25,645 bases of DNA, from positions 66,523 through 92,167 of IMG/VR virus record IMGVR_UViG_3300037307_000181. One strand, written 5' to 3'. The DNA is from a virus. Within the stretch, counting starts at the first letter, position 1, and each line of letters starts with the position of its first letter. The notes under the pieces are model-generated. The model had not been told where the DNA came from, made no database searches, and worked only from the letters and a program-made list of their open reading frames with translations. Shown here piece after piece: positions 15,283 through 23,574 of this stretch. The translations under genes and the position numbers were made by a program.

Positions 15283-16134
15283 TCATATAAGTATAGCATA
15301 CTTTTGGTCTTTTGTAAATGGTACAGTCGTGAACTCTAATGCATCGTGACTTACACTGCCCACCCTGTGCTCAGCTATGTCACAATATTTCTGCGAAGAG
15401 TCTATCCCTATGTAGTTTCTTCCTGTCAGCTTTGCCATCTTTAGTGTTGTGCCAGAACCACACATGGGATCGAGCACAGTGTCGCCTTTATTAGACCACG
15501 CCAAGATGTGATCCAGTGCAAGCTGCTCAGGGAACATAGCAGGGTGATCAATCCCCCACTCCTCTGATGTGTTTCCACCACCCAGGCTGTATGTCCAGAT
15601 GTTCTCCATCATCACGTGATCCTGGAAGCTGTGCACACCAAGAGCCTTGAACTCTCCCTGCTTGTTGCGGGTGAACTTCTTTGTCCTGAATGTTCTGCTG
15701 TCATTCCATTTGTTACTCTTCGGTCTAGCCAGAGCATTAAATGTCTTGGGCGTTCCCTTTGAAAACACAAACATGTACTCAAACGCCTGTCTAAAACGTT
15801 TCTGCTTCATCCAGTCATTTGGTACTGGGTTTGCTTTGGCGTAGATCATGGTATCGTGCAGGGTGAAACCAAACTTAGCAAAGGTAATAGCATGACGAAA
15901 GCTGGTCAACGACTCTCCCTTACTCTTGACGGTATCTCCAACAACCCACACCACTACCCCACCCTGCTTTGTCACCCTGAGTAAGCCAGTTATGATTCTT
16001 TCCAGGTCAAACCTGTAGCCATCATATGTTCTGGCATCGTCATAAGGTGGGCTGGTAACTGTCAGGTCGATAGATTCTTGATCAATAGCTGTGTGCAGTA
16101 AATCTGCGGCATCACCACATAGAATGTTGTTCAT
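15283..16134 (-). CDS. Beta-class N4-cytosine/N6-adenine DNA methyltransferase
   Basis: IDLTVTSPPY precedes HPAMFPEQL and VLDPMCGSGTT..GRNYIGID. SPPY favours m4C. Confidence 0.92.
   Translation of the reverse strand: MNNILCGDAADLLHTAIDQESIDLTVTSPPYDDARTYDGYRFDLERIITGLLRVTKQGGVVVWVVGDTVKSKGESLTSFRHAITFAKFGFTLHDTMIYAKANPVPNDWMKQKRFRQAFEYMFVFSKGTPKTFNALARPKSNKWNDSRTFRTKKFTRNKQGEFKALGVHSFQDHVMMENIWTYSLGGGNTSEEWGIDHPAMFPEQLALDHILAWSNKGDTVLDPMCGSGTTLKMAKLTGRNYIGIDSSQKYCDIAEHRVGSVSHDALEFTTVPFTKDQKYAILI
15290..15318 (-). promoter_or_regulatory. Promoter inside the MTase 3' end, driving the exonuclease-nuclease-primase genes
   Basis: On the - strand: TTTACA, 17 nt spacer, TATACT with TATGC extension. 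Confidence 0.7.
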
Positions 16135-16568
16135 TGTCCTTTACCTTTTATATGACTTGTTGGATTGCTCAAAAAGTTTTTTACAAACCAGTCCCAAAGC
16201 GTAAGGGGTTCTTCTTCTGAACTCGCAGAACTGTCACGCTCAATCTCATACTGTAGCATTGTCTCATCAACGTAGTCGTGATGCCCACCTTGGTACGGGT
16301 ATGGGTCATTATTTTCGATGGGATACGGATAAGCATCTTGGGTTGCATCCGGTTCTGGATATGGGTAGACATCCTGAGTTGATGTTGATACTGGTGTAGC
16401 GTATTTTGTTGGTGTTACATACGGAACAATTGTTTCATCTGCTGGTGCATTGGTAGGAGTGCTACCTGGATCATCGTAAGCACCGAACACACTGGCTGGC
16501 ACAAAAAACAGCAACATGCACATAACAGCTAAAACAGAAGTAATAAGTAGAACTAGTTTTCTTGACAT
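16131..16568 (-). CDS. Exported or membrane-anchored protein with Thr/Pro-rich region and YPY repeats
   Basis: Signal-peptide-like N-terminus (MSRKLVLLI..VFGA), then TQDVYPYP, TQDAYPYP and DPYPY. GGAGG RBS. Confidence 0.7.
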   Translation of the reverse strand: MSRKLVLLITSVLAVMCMLLFFVPASVFGAYDDPGSTPTNAPADETIVPYVTPTKYATPVSTSTQDVYPYPEPDATQDAYPYPIENNDPYPYQGGHHDYVDETMLQYEIERDSSASSEEEPLTLWDWFVKNFLSNPTSHIKGKGQ

Positions 16569-16576
16569 AAATCCTC

Positions 16577-17005
16577 CTATTTGCGAACTATCTCTTTGCC
16601 AGGCCAGTAGATGTGCACAGGGATACCCTTCTCTACGGCTTTCATAATCGTGTCATGAGTTCCATTTGTTGGGTTGTCAACATCCATGAATGCAATGACA
16701 GCATCAGCGTCATTTACAACCAGAGTATTCCTGCGCATACCAGCTAAAGCGTCATACTTCCTGCCGTTTTTCCTGGTCTTGATTACTGCATCTGGACGTG
16801 AAAGATCATCCCAGTAAGCTGGATGTACAACGGGTACAGGCAGCTTACGCTCGTTTGCCCACTTTGCACCAATCAGGTCTGCACCCTCAGCACCACCTGT
16901 GACAACGATAAATGGGCCAATTAGATTCATATACTTATCCAGTACATCATAAGCATATGCATCGTCTTTGAATGTTCTGCTTCCAACAACAGCTATGCTG
17001 AGCAT
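16577..17005 (-). CDS. SLOG superfamily protein (YspA/DUF2493-like)
   Basis: IAVVGSRTF, VTGGAEGAD, AGMRRN..V..ADAVIAF, GT..TI..A..KG.PV. Confidence 0.85.
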   Translation of the reverse strand: MLSIAVVGSRTFKDDAYAYDVLDKYMNLIGPFIVVTGGAEGADLIGAKWANERKLPVPVVHPAYWDDLSRPDAVIKTRKNGRKYDALAGMRRNTLVVNDADAVIAFMDVDNPTNGTHDTIMKAVEKGIPVHIYWPGKEIVRK

Positions 17006-17190
17006 TTTTCATTCCAAACAACGTAAAACTTTGGTGGGTTAGAGTCTACTAACTGCTCCTTACATAACTCCCAAATCTTACCGCAGTCGTCACACTGCCA
17101 CACTGTGCCAACGCCCATCCACGCCATAGGGAAAGGCTTTTCACAATCATGTTTTTTGTTTGGTGAAACAACTTTTAGAAATGCCATCAC
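16993..17190 (-). CDS. Small putative zinc-binding protein
   Basis: HDC..GTVWQCDDCGKIW. GGAG RBS. Confidence 0.6.
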   Translation of the reverse strand: MMAFLKVVSPNKKHDCEKPFPMAWMGVGTVWQCDDCGKIWELCKEQLVDSNPPKFYVVWNEKCSA

Positions 17191-17213
17191 GCACTCTCCA
17201 TGTTATAGGGGTA

Positions 17214-17235
17214 AGACCCGTATTTCTACGGGTCT
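17214..17235 (-). other. Perfect GAAA-tetraloop hairpin without a U tract
   Basis: - strand AGACCCGTA-GAAA-TACGGGTCT, overlapping the ligase stop codon. Confidence 0.65.
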
Positions 17236-19411
17236 ACTCTGAACCACCGTCTGAAAGATACATATCACGCAAGGTGATGATGTCTGTGTTTTTTACAAAG
17301 TCCAAGTCAGCAATACTCTTGACCCAGGCGTAAAACCTATTCTGTGTTGGTGTGTTCAACCACTCCGTGTGCACCTGACGACGACGAGCTACAACGTCCT
17401 TCAAGCCACGAAGCATCTTCCAGGTCTTGTAGTACAGGAACTTGATCTTGAACTGGAAACCATCTGCACGCTCCACAACAACACCTTCGAAACGAGAACC
17501 GTTTATACGTCCAAACTCATAGTCATTCTCTGCACTTTCAACGAAGGCATAGAACTCTGCCCAGTTGTTGAACACATCTACAACAGGCTTGCAGTAAAAC
17601 CTAAAGTAGTTAGCCACTGCAATCAGGTCAGGATATGCGTATTTCTGGAACTCAAAGGTACGATAAACAACATCCAGAAGAACAACGTGTGGGTGATTGT
17701 ACTTGATGATGTGTGGATCATTGACAGGATCAACCACTTCGAAAACCATAGATACGTTGTTTTCTTTTAGGAAGTCCTTCAACTGATCGAAGTGCTCGGT
17801 GCTGCTCAGGATATCGTAGAACCACTTCTGGTATTCTCCCTGGTTAGTGCTCTTGGTTGCCACAAACAAAGAGTCATCCTCAGAGTTGTATCCTACAATA
17901 CCCAAGTACCCGTTGATCTTCATGTATGCCACAGCAGGAAACTGCATGGTGCGGCGCAGGTTCTCAACTTTGGTCTCATCACGCTCACCCAGGTTGAAAA
18001 ACTTCTCGTAAGAACGAGCGACAACCTCTTTTGTTGCAACGTTGACGAACAAACCACGAGCCTTGGTTGTGATGTCATCCCACTTACCTTTCAAGAAAGC
18101 TTCACGAGTGAAGTTGAAAGAAGAGATATTGTTGCCAAGGTCTTTCTCGTAGATGTACTTACTCTGGCGCATTGCCTCGATGATGTCAACAGACTGGGTG
18201 TTCACTTCAATAACCTCGTCACTACCACGCTGAGCAAAGGTATTGTTTTTGATCTCAACTGGGCTAAATCCATCATTGTCCAGGATAACCGCACGGAACA
18301 TTCCACCAAACTCTACCTTCTCGCAGATGTTGAAGCAGCGACCATTCTGAACTGGTGATGATGCAATGTTTCGATGACCGTGCACCTGATAGAAGTTGTC
18401 TGGAGTGTTTCTCATAAAAGACTCTTCAACAACATCAACATCCTCATACTTGCCAACACCCTTTATCATTTCATCTGTAGCTGTAAAAGGTGATGGGAGC
18501 ACAGGCAGCCCACCGTGACAGACAAAAACAACTTTTCCACGATACTCGTAGTATGCCATCTGACCCAGGCGGCGGTAGAACTCACGCATCTCTGACTTAT
18601 CAACACCAGCATTGATGAACTGTGGTTTGGTAACGTGCTCAAACTCTTTTGACTTAGCCTCTTCGTTGTTTGCCCAGTACCACAGCCAGCGTTCGTGGTT
18701 GCCCTCCAGAAACAAAACGTTTGGCTTACCTACGAACTGCTGCAAGAAACGAAAAGTCTCAACATTCTGGATACCACGATCAAAGTAGTCTCCAGTGAAG
18801 ATATAGAACTCATCTGAGTTGAAGCCAAATGCATCAAAGTAGTCTACCAGCGGATCAACACAGCCGTGTATATCACCCAGGTGGTGGATACGATTCCACT
18901 TGTTGAAGTCAAAAGTATTTAGCTCATGGAACAAGCTCCAGAACTCTTCTGGTGTGATCTGCTTTGTCCAAGTAGGAGTTGGCTGTGTCTCGATTTTGCT
19001 AACCATTGTCAAAATAGCATCCTCTGGAACACGCTTGTGCACAGGTCGTGCAGCGTTGCGGCGAAGAACATCGTCGGTTGGGATATCAAACTGAACTGTG
19101 TATGCACGATAGCGATAGTGTTGGCACAAGTCCTTATACTTGTTGATCATTCCAGCACGTGCGTGTGTAGCATCGACAATCGTGAACTCACCACGTGCCA
19201 TACGCTCCTGTAGCAAACCAAACATCCAGTTCCACACCTTGCTGTCGTTCTTGTTTGTGATCTCCAGTTCCCCACGAACGTTCAGGGTTGGAGACTGAAA
19301 CATCATACGAACATCATCGGCAGAGATGGTGTATGGCTGCAAGCCGTTCTCAGCGATCCAAGTTGATTTTCCAGCACCTGCTGGTGCACGAAGTAAAATA
19401 AGATTACGCAC
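17234..19411 (-). CDS. RNA repair enzyme: polynucleotide kinase + metallophosphoesterase + Rnl1-type RNA ligase
   Basis: P-loop APAGAGKST, SADDVR, VDATH, RNAAR. Phosphoesterase GDIHG, GDYFDRG, GNHE, HGG, HGH. Ligase ARGLF, KFFN, KINGYLG, FE, EGVV, KIK. GTG start with GAGGAG RBS. Confidence 0.9.
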   Translation of the reverse strand: MRNLILLRAPAGAGKSTWIAENGLQPYTISADDVRMMFQSPTLNVRGELEITNKNDSKVWNWMFGLLQERMARGEFTIVDATHARAGMINKYKDLCQHYRYRAYTVQFDIPTDDVLRRNAARPVHKRVPEDAILTMVSKIETQPTPTWTKQITPEEFWSLFHELNTFDFNKWNRIHHLGDIHGCVDPLVDYFDAFGFNSDEFYIFTGDYFDRGIQNVETFRFLQQFVGKPNVLFLEGNHERWLWYWANNEEAKSKEFEHVTKPQFINAGVDKSEMREFYRRLGQMAYYEYRGKVVFVCHGGLPVLPSPFTATDEMIKGVGKYEDVDVVEESFMRNTPDNFYQVHGHRNIASSPVQNGRCFNICEKVEFGGMFRAVILDNDGFSPVEIKNNTFAQRGSDEVIEVNTQSVDIIEAMRQSKYIYEKDLGNNISSFNFTREAFLKGKWDDITTKARGLFVNVATKEVVARSYEKFFNLGERDETKVENLRRTMQFPAVAYMKINGYLGIVGYNSEDDSLFVATKSTNQGEYQKWFYDILSSTEHFDQLKDFLKENNVSMVFEVVDPVNDPHIIKYNHPHVVLLDVVYRTFEFQKYAYPDLIAVANYFRFYCKPVVDVFNNWAEFYAFVESAENDYEFGRINGSRFEGVVVERADGFQFKIKFLYYKTWKMLRGLKDVVARRRQVHTEWLNTPTQNRFYAWVKSIADLDFVKNTDIITLRDMYLSDGGSE

Positions 19412-19441
19412 TATATTTTCTCCTCATTAGTTAGTACAATA

Positions 19442-19470
19442 ATTATAGCATAAATATTGTACTACGTCAA
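19442..19470 (-). promoter_or_regulatory. Sigma70/sigmaA-type promoter overlapped by a 9-bp inverted repeat
   Basis: - strand TTGACG, 17 nt spacer, TATAAT with extended TG. TAGTACAAT (19432-19440) / ATTGTACTA (19456-19464). Confidence 0.85.
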
Positions 19471-19472
19471 GA

Positions 19473-20726
19473 CTAGACAGCACCGAAGATAGGTTCTCCT
19501 ACCTTCTCTGGCTCTCCCATCATGGACTCCATCTCAGGGACAGGCCAGTTCTTCCAGTCATTCATAACTTCATCATACGGAACAAACGTATACTCAACAC
19601 GTTCAACCAAACCATTCTTGCGTAGAAAAACACGGAAAATTGCGCCACCAATAACAGGCTTCAATGACTTGCGCTTCTCGTAGCTGGTCAAACCTTCGAA
19701 GCAACCTGGGTAACAAGCAACCATGTTGCCACGCTGGAACTTGGTCTCAACATGAACATGACCAGCGATCAGAAACTGTACATTAGGATTCTCGTTGTTT
19801 GCAATCGCTCTTTCTAATTCATCGTAGGCATACTGTTCCATGCCCTTCTGCAAGCGTGTGCTCAAACTGTAGCCAGTACCACCACCAGGATGCCATAGGC
19901 GCACAGCGATCTTATCTGTAAGCGGTATGTCAGCTACATCATATCCCAGGTACACAACATCATCCCTGATCTGCGCTAACCTGTAGATTGGATCAATTCC
20001 TGCGTTGGAAACGCACCAGTAGTCGTGGTTTCCACCTAGCTTATAATACTTTAGACCAGGAAAATGCGGCGTGTACTGATCAGCCAGCCACACCTCGCCC
20101 ATAGCTGTTCGTGCATAATCGAAACGACCCAACGGCCTCAGTGATGGGATAATATCAAACTCCTGTCCACGATAGCCACCCACGCCAATTGTCAAATCAC
20201 CAGGATCGAACACCACACGAACACCATATTCTTCATAGGCTAACTCAATAAACGATGCTCTTGCAGAAGGCTGTGCAAACAGCGATCCGGCATGCAGGTC
20301 TGATGCTATAGCGAATGAGATCATACTGGCTGAGCCTTTTGAAATGGCTTTCTTCTGGATGTCCACATGAGGACGCTCACGGTTTCCAGCTTTGAAGTGA
20401 TCCCTGGTTTCTTCAATAACAAACCCCTCATGCCTCATACGCTTGATCAATCCTGCCGCTGCACGTGGAGCAATCCCAAGACGATCCGCTAACTGTGTAA
20501 TTGTCATGGGCGATTTCTTTAGCATGTTGTAAAGAATTTCAAAGTCAGGTGCTGGCTGCTCTATCTGGTCTTTCTCTTCTCTCATCTCCTGTAGTCTCCT
20601 ATTCAGTGATACTGAGTTCAACCCACCCAGTTCTTTTGCTAATTCGTCAACACTAATGTTTTCTTCATACCGCTTTTTGTAAATTTGTTCACGTTCATCT
20701 GCATCTAAGTCAGCCCAAGCTGGCAT
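19473..20726 (-). CDS. Calcineurin-like metallophosphoesterase with N-terminal HTH domain(s)
   Basis: SDLHAGS, PGDLT, GGNHD, WHPGGG, AGHVH. N-terminal SVDELAKELGG and MTITQLADRLGI look like HTH segments. Confidence 0.85.
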   Translation of the reverse strand: MPAWADLDADEREQIYKKRYEENISVDELAKELGGLNSVSLNRRLQEMREEKDQIEQPAPDFEILYNMLKKSPMTITQLADRLGIAPRAAAGLIKRMRHEGFVIEETRDHFKAGNRERPHVDIQKKAISKGSASMISFAIASDLHAGSLFAQPSARASFIELAYEEYGVRVVFDPGDLTIGVGGYRGQEFDIIPSLRPLGRFDYARTAMGEVWLADQYTPHFPGLKYYKLGGNHDYWCVSNAGIDPIYRLAQIRDDVVYLGYDVADIPLTDKIAVRLWHPGGGTGYSLSTRLQKGMEQYAYDELERAIANNENPNVQFLIAGHVHVETKFQRGNMVACYPGCFEGLTSYEKRKSLKPVIGGAIFRVFLRKNGLVERVEYTFVPYDEVMNDWKNWPVPEMESMMGEPEKVGEPIFGAV

Positions 20727-20757
20727 TCTATCCTCCTATATATGGTATGGTTCTATA

Positions 20758-20786
20758 ATTATAGCACAGATATGGGATTATGTCAA
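20758..20786 (-). promoter_or_regulatory. Sigma70/sigmaA-type promoter
   Basis: - strand TTGACA, 17 nt spacer, TATAAT with extended TG. Confidence 0.85.
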
Positions 20787-20793
20787 CGCTAAC

Positions 20794-20820
20794 AAAAAAG
20801 GGTGGCGTTTTCAGCCACCC
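20794..20820 (-). terminator. Rho-independent terminator ending the lysis/late operon
   Basis: - strand GGGTGGC-TGAAAAC-GCCACCC followed by TTTTTT. Confidence 0.85.
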
Positions 20821-20843
20821 CTTGTTGGTTGGTGTTCATCCCC

Positions 20844-21209
20844 CTAGCCAATTCCATAGTCTGGTTTCTTCAAATGCTTTATTAGAAATTCATGCAGGTA
20901 GTTGCTGCTTCTTCCAATCGTAAGTCCACTGACTAGAATACCTAGCCATGAAACAGTAAATGGGTTAGCTGACTTTACCATATCTGATATTACTGCCCCA
21001 ACAATATAGATCAGATCAATCTGCCAGTAAAATGCAAAACCTACACCAATAGCAGCAGCTACATAACGAAGCATCCACTTGAATGGTTTAATTTTTTCCA
21101 TTCCTGGAATGTTGTCAATGGGTGTGCCGAGTAAATACTCTACCATTGTTTCAATGAAGAATGCCAAAGCAAAAGCTACCCCGATATAAACGAGAGTCTG
21201 TACAATCAT
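20844..21209 (-). CDS. Putative holin (about 3 TM helices)
   Basis: Hydrophobic helices, SGL.IGR.SN.LHE motif, basic C-terminus, near the endolysin. Confidence 0.6.
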   Translation of the reverse strand: MIVQTLVYIGVAFALAFFIETMVEYLLGTPIDNIPGMEKIKPFKWMLRYVAAAIGVGFAFYWQIDLIYIVGAVISDMVKSANPFTVSWLGILVSGLTIGRSSNYLHEFLIKHLKKPDYGIG

Positions 21210-21233
21210 ATTAGCCTCCTCACAACAAAAGTA

Positions 21234-21593
21234 TTATGCAAGCTTTAGTGCAGCAACCGAAACACCTGATTGCACACTAAAATTAACCAACACGGCTTCA
21301 TCCAAATCTGGTGTTGTAGAATCCTGACTATAAACACTTGGAGAAAATGGGCCGATCATCTTGTCACCTGTTGTTGCTGGAACAGAAAATGTCAAATCTG
21401 CTACTACCAAACCTTCTACAGTAACAGGAACATCAACCGTAACAGTGCATGCTGAGCCACTCGTATTCTTTACGTGCAGAAAAACCTTTCCACTTGAATT
21501 GTCAAATGCGAACCCATCTACTGTTGCAGCGGAATAAGATGGGGTAATCCCCGATTTCGTAATTGATTGAACTGCTAGTTGTGTACGTGCCAT
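21234..21593 (-). CDS. Small beta-rich protein, possibly a virion structural/decoration protein
   Basis: MARTQL N-terminus, Ser/Thr/Val/Ala-rich, FLHVKN..TVTV and IGPF. GGAGG RBS. Confidence 0.5.
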   Translation of the reverse strand: MARTQLAVQSITKSGITPSYSAATVDGFAFDNSSGKVFLHVKNTSGSACTVTVDVPVTVEGLVVADLTFSVPATTGDKMIGPFSPSVYSQDSTTPDLDEAVLVNFSVQSGVSVAALKLA

Positions 21594-21606
21594 AGTAATC
21601 CTCCGG

Positions 21607-22677
21607 CTAACTTATCAAAATTTGTCCATCATATCTCATGGCTGCATACTGCTTTTTTCCAATGCGCAGCCAGATATTATTACCATCTATAACTCTATCC
21701 AGTGCTTCAACAACATCACCGCTTCTCAATGTGAACCACACTCTGCTTGGTTTATATACCGTTCCAGGTGCTCTGCCATACAGCTTGCTCGGTATAATCT
21801 CGTCCCTGACATTTAGACTGCTGGCAGAAACCTTATACAATTTGATTACCTTTTCTGTAGGCTGTTCAGGTTCTGGATCAGGTTCGAGCACAGGGGGTGG
21901 AAGTCCTGCCATTGCAGCTAACCAGTCTGGTCGCTTGATAGCTTCGTCTAAATCCCAAAATCCCCAGGCTGGCAGCTTTAGCTCATCACGAGCTACAGTG
22001 ACAAACTCTTTTATCTGGTCAGCAGTAACCGTCCAGCCGTGCTCAGCAAACGATGCACCAATCGGTACATGCGGCAACTTACGAATTGTATTATATTCGT
22101 TCACCATCTTTTTAAGCTGAAAACCTGGGTTGTTTGCAAACATCCAGTAGACTTGTGCAGCAATATGTGTATTCGCAGAGTGGTTTACAAACGCAGAAAA
22201 CGGGAACTGCGAGTGGTAGGATGGGTAGCGATATGAGCACAGGGCTACAGGAAAACCAGAACCCAGTCCAAGATTATTCATATACTCTTTTGCCAGGGCG
22301 TTGACTGTATCTTTTGGAAGTCTCTTCCACTTGGCATCAATGTTAGCAACATCCTCAGCGTCAACCAACCAGTGTGATAGCCCGTACTTTGATACAATCG
22401 GTTTTACAGCACGAGCCTGCCCAGTAACGTTGGTTGTATAAACAAAACCCCAACCGCCAACCTCGATACCTGCGTTCTTAAAAGAACTAATAACATAAGT
22501 AAGATATTCTGAACTTGCGCTTTTGCTCCCATCTTCATTAATCAAGTTCCAGGGAAATGTGTAGTCCAGCATCTTGATGCTCACCCACTGTGCCCCAATA
22601 TCTTTTAGGGTTTTGATCGTGCTTTCAATGGGAAGCACCCTTTGTAACTGCCAAATTAGAAATCCAAGACCTATCAT
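21607..22677 (-). CDS. Putative endolysin: TIM-barrel glycoside hydrolase (GH25-like) + Pro/Glu linker + SH3b-like domain
   Basis: WVSIK, GGWGFVY, DxE (VDAE), QVYW; linker PPPVLEPDPEPEQP; V.A..LNVR..PG..W; lies between membrane proteins. Confidence 0.7.
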   Translation of the reverse strand: MIGLGFLIWQLQRVLPIESTIKTLKDIGAQWVSIKMLDYTFPWNLINEDGSKSASSEYLTYVISSFKNAGIEVGGWGFVYTTNVTGQARAVKPIVSKYGLSHWLVDAEDVANIDAKWKRLPKDTVNALAKEYMNNLGLGSGFPVALCSYRYPSYHSQFPFSAFVNHSANTHIAAQVYWMFANNPGFQLKKMVNEYNTIRKLPHVPIGASFAEHGWTVTADQIKEFVTVARDELKLPAWGFWDLDEAIKRPDWLAAMAGLPPPVLEPDPEPEQPTEKVIKLYKVSASSLNVRDEIIPSKLYGRAPGTVYKPSRVWFTLRSGDVVEALDRVIDGNNIWLRIGKKQYAAMRYDGQILIS

Positions 22678-22684
22678 ATCACCT

Positions 22685-23143
22685 CTAAGGAGCGTTTATG
22701 TGTGGAATAAGAGTAAACAGAAACCACAAAACGATTGCCACAATAACGGGAGAAAAAATTTTGTCAACATACCAGGGCATCTTCTTACTGCTCTCTATGA
22801 CACTACCTATCTTATCTTTAGACTCTTCATCTTTCTTGTGTGTCACCGATATAATCCCAAGTTCTGCTTTGATTTCATTGACTGAATCAGCAAGCTCACA
22901 TAGCTGCTTTTCTCTTTCCAAATCATTTTTTACAACTATATCAACAGATGTGCTGAGCACAGCCATCTTTGTGACCAGACCCTCTGTTCCGTTGTGACCT
23001 CGAATTGTTCTGCCAAGCTCAACAACAGAATCTTCAACGGATTCCAGACGTTTTTCCATAGCGTCAGTTGAACGAACAATGGTATTTAGTCTATCCATAA
23101 TCTGAAAAGTTTCTCCTAATGTAGGATATTCTTCTTGTACCAT
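22685..23143 (-). CDS. Coiled-coil protein with C-terminal TM helix (lysis-associated, holin/XhlA-like)
   Basis: Heptad-rich body with GHNGTEGL and a hydrophobic C-terminus, directly upstream of the endolysin. Confidence 0.55.
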   Translation of the reverse strand: MVQEEYPTLGETFQIMDRLNTIVRSTDAMEKRLESVEDSVVELGRTIRGHNGTEGLVTKMAVLSTSVDIVVKNDLEREKQLCELADSVNEIKAELGIISVTHKKDEESKDKIGSVIESSKKMPWYVDKIFSPVIVAIVLWFLFTLIPHINAP

Positions 23144-23195
23144 CGTTTTATCTCCTGTTGTTGATTATCTACTATCTTCAATCGAAAAGTACCAG

Positions 23196-23226
23196 AAAAA
23201 GAAAAAGGCTACCAATATTGGTAGCC
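23196..23226 (-). terminator. Terminator formed by a perfect 20-bp palindrome
   Basis: GGCTACCAATATTGGTAGCC (23207-23226), followed on the - strand by TTTTTCTTTTT. Confidence 0.8.
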
Positions 23227-23240
23227 AGTTTTTATTCAAC

Positions 23241-23570
23241 CTACTCAACAGACACATCTTCAACCGATTCTTTAGGCTTTACAAGCTCTGTTAGTGACTC
23301 CTTCAACTGGTCAATTGCCAGGAATGCCGTTTCAATGTACTCAGGTGACTGCGTAATATGCGGTGAAATCGTAAAATCAAACAAGCCACCAGGAGCAACT
23401 GCTAAAGTTATCAACCCCATGTTCTCTATAACACTCTTTTGCAGTGCCATGATTTTCATCATATTGTCCAGGGCTGTGCTTACATTGCGTGGATCATCAA
23501 TACCAAACTCACGCATAAACTTGTTCATAAATTCTTCTGGAGTTACGGATAATTTACTTTTCTTTGTCAT
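23241..23570 (-). CDS. Hypothetical protein
   Basis: Start reassigned to ATG 23570 (GGGAG RBS, 4 nt after the previous stop). Confidence 0.65.
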   Translation of the reverse strand: MTKKSKLSVTPEEFMNKFMREFGIDDPRNVSTALDNMMKIMALQKSVIENMGLITLAVAPGGLFDFTISPHITQSPEYIETAFLAIDQLKESLTELVKPKESVEDVSVE

Positions 23571-23574
23571 TCTA

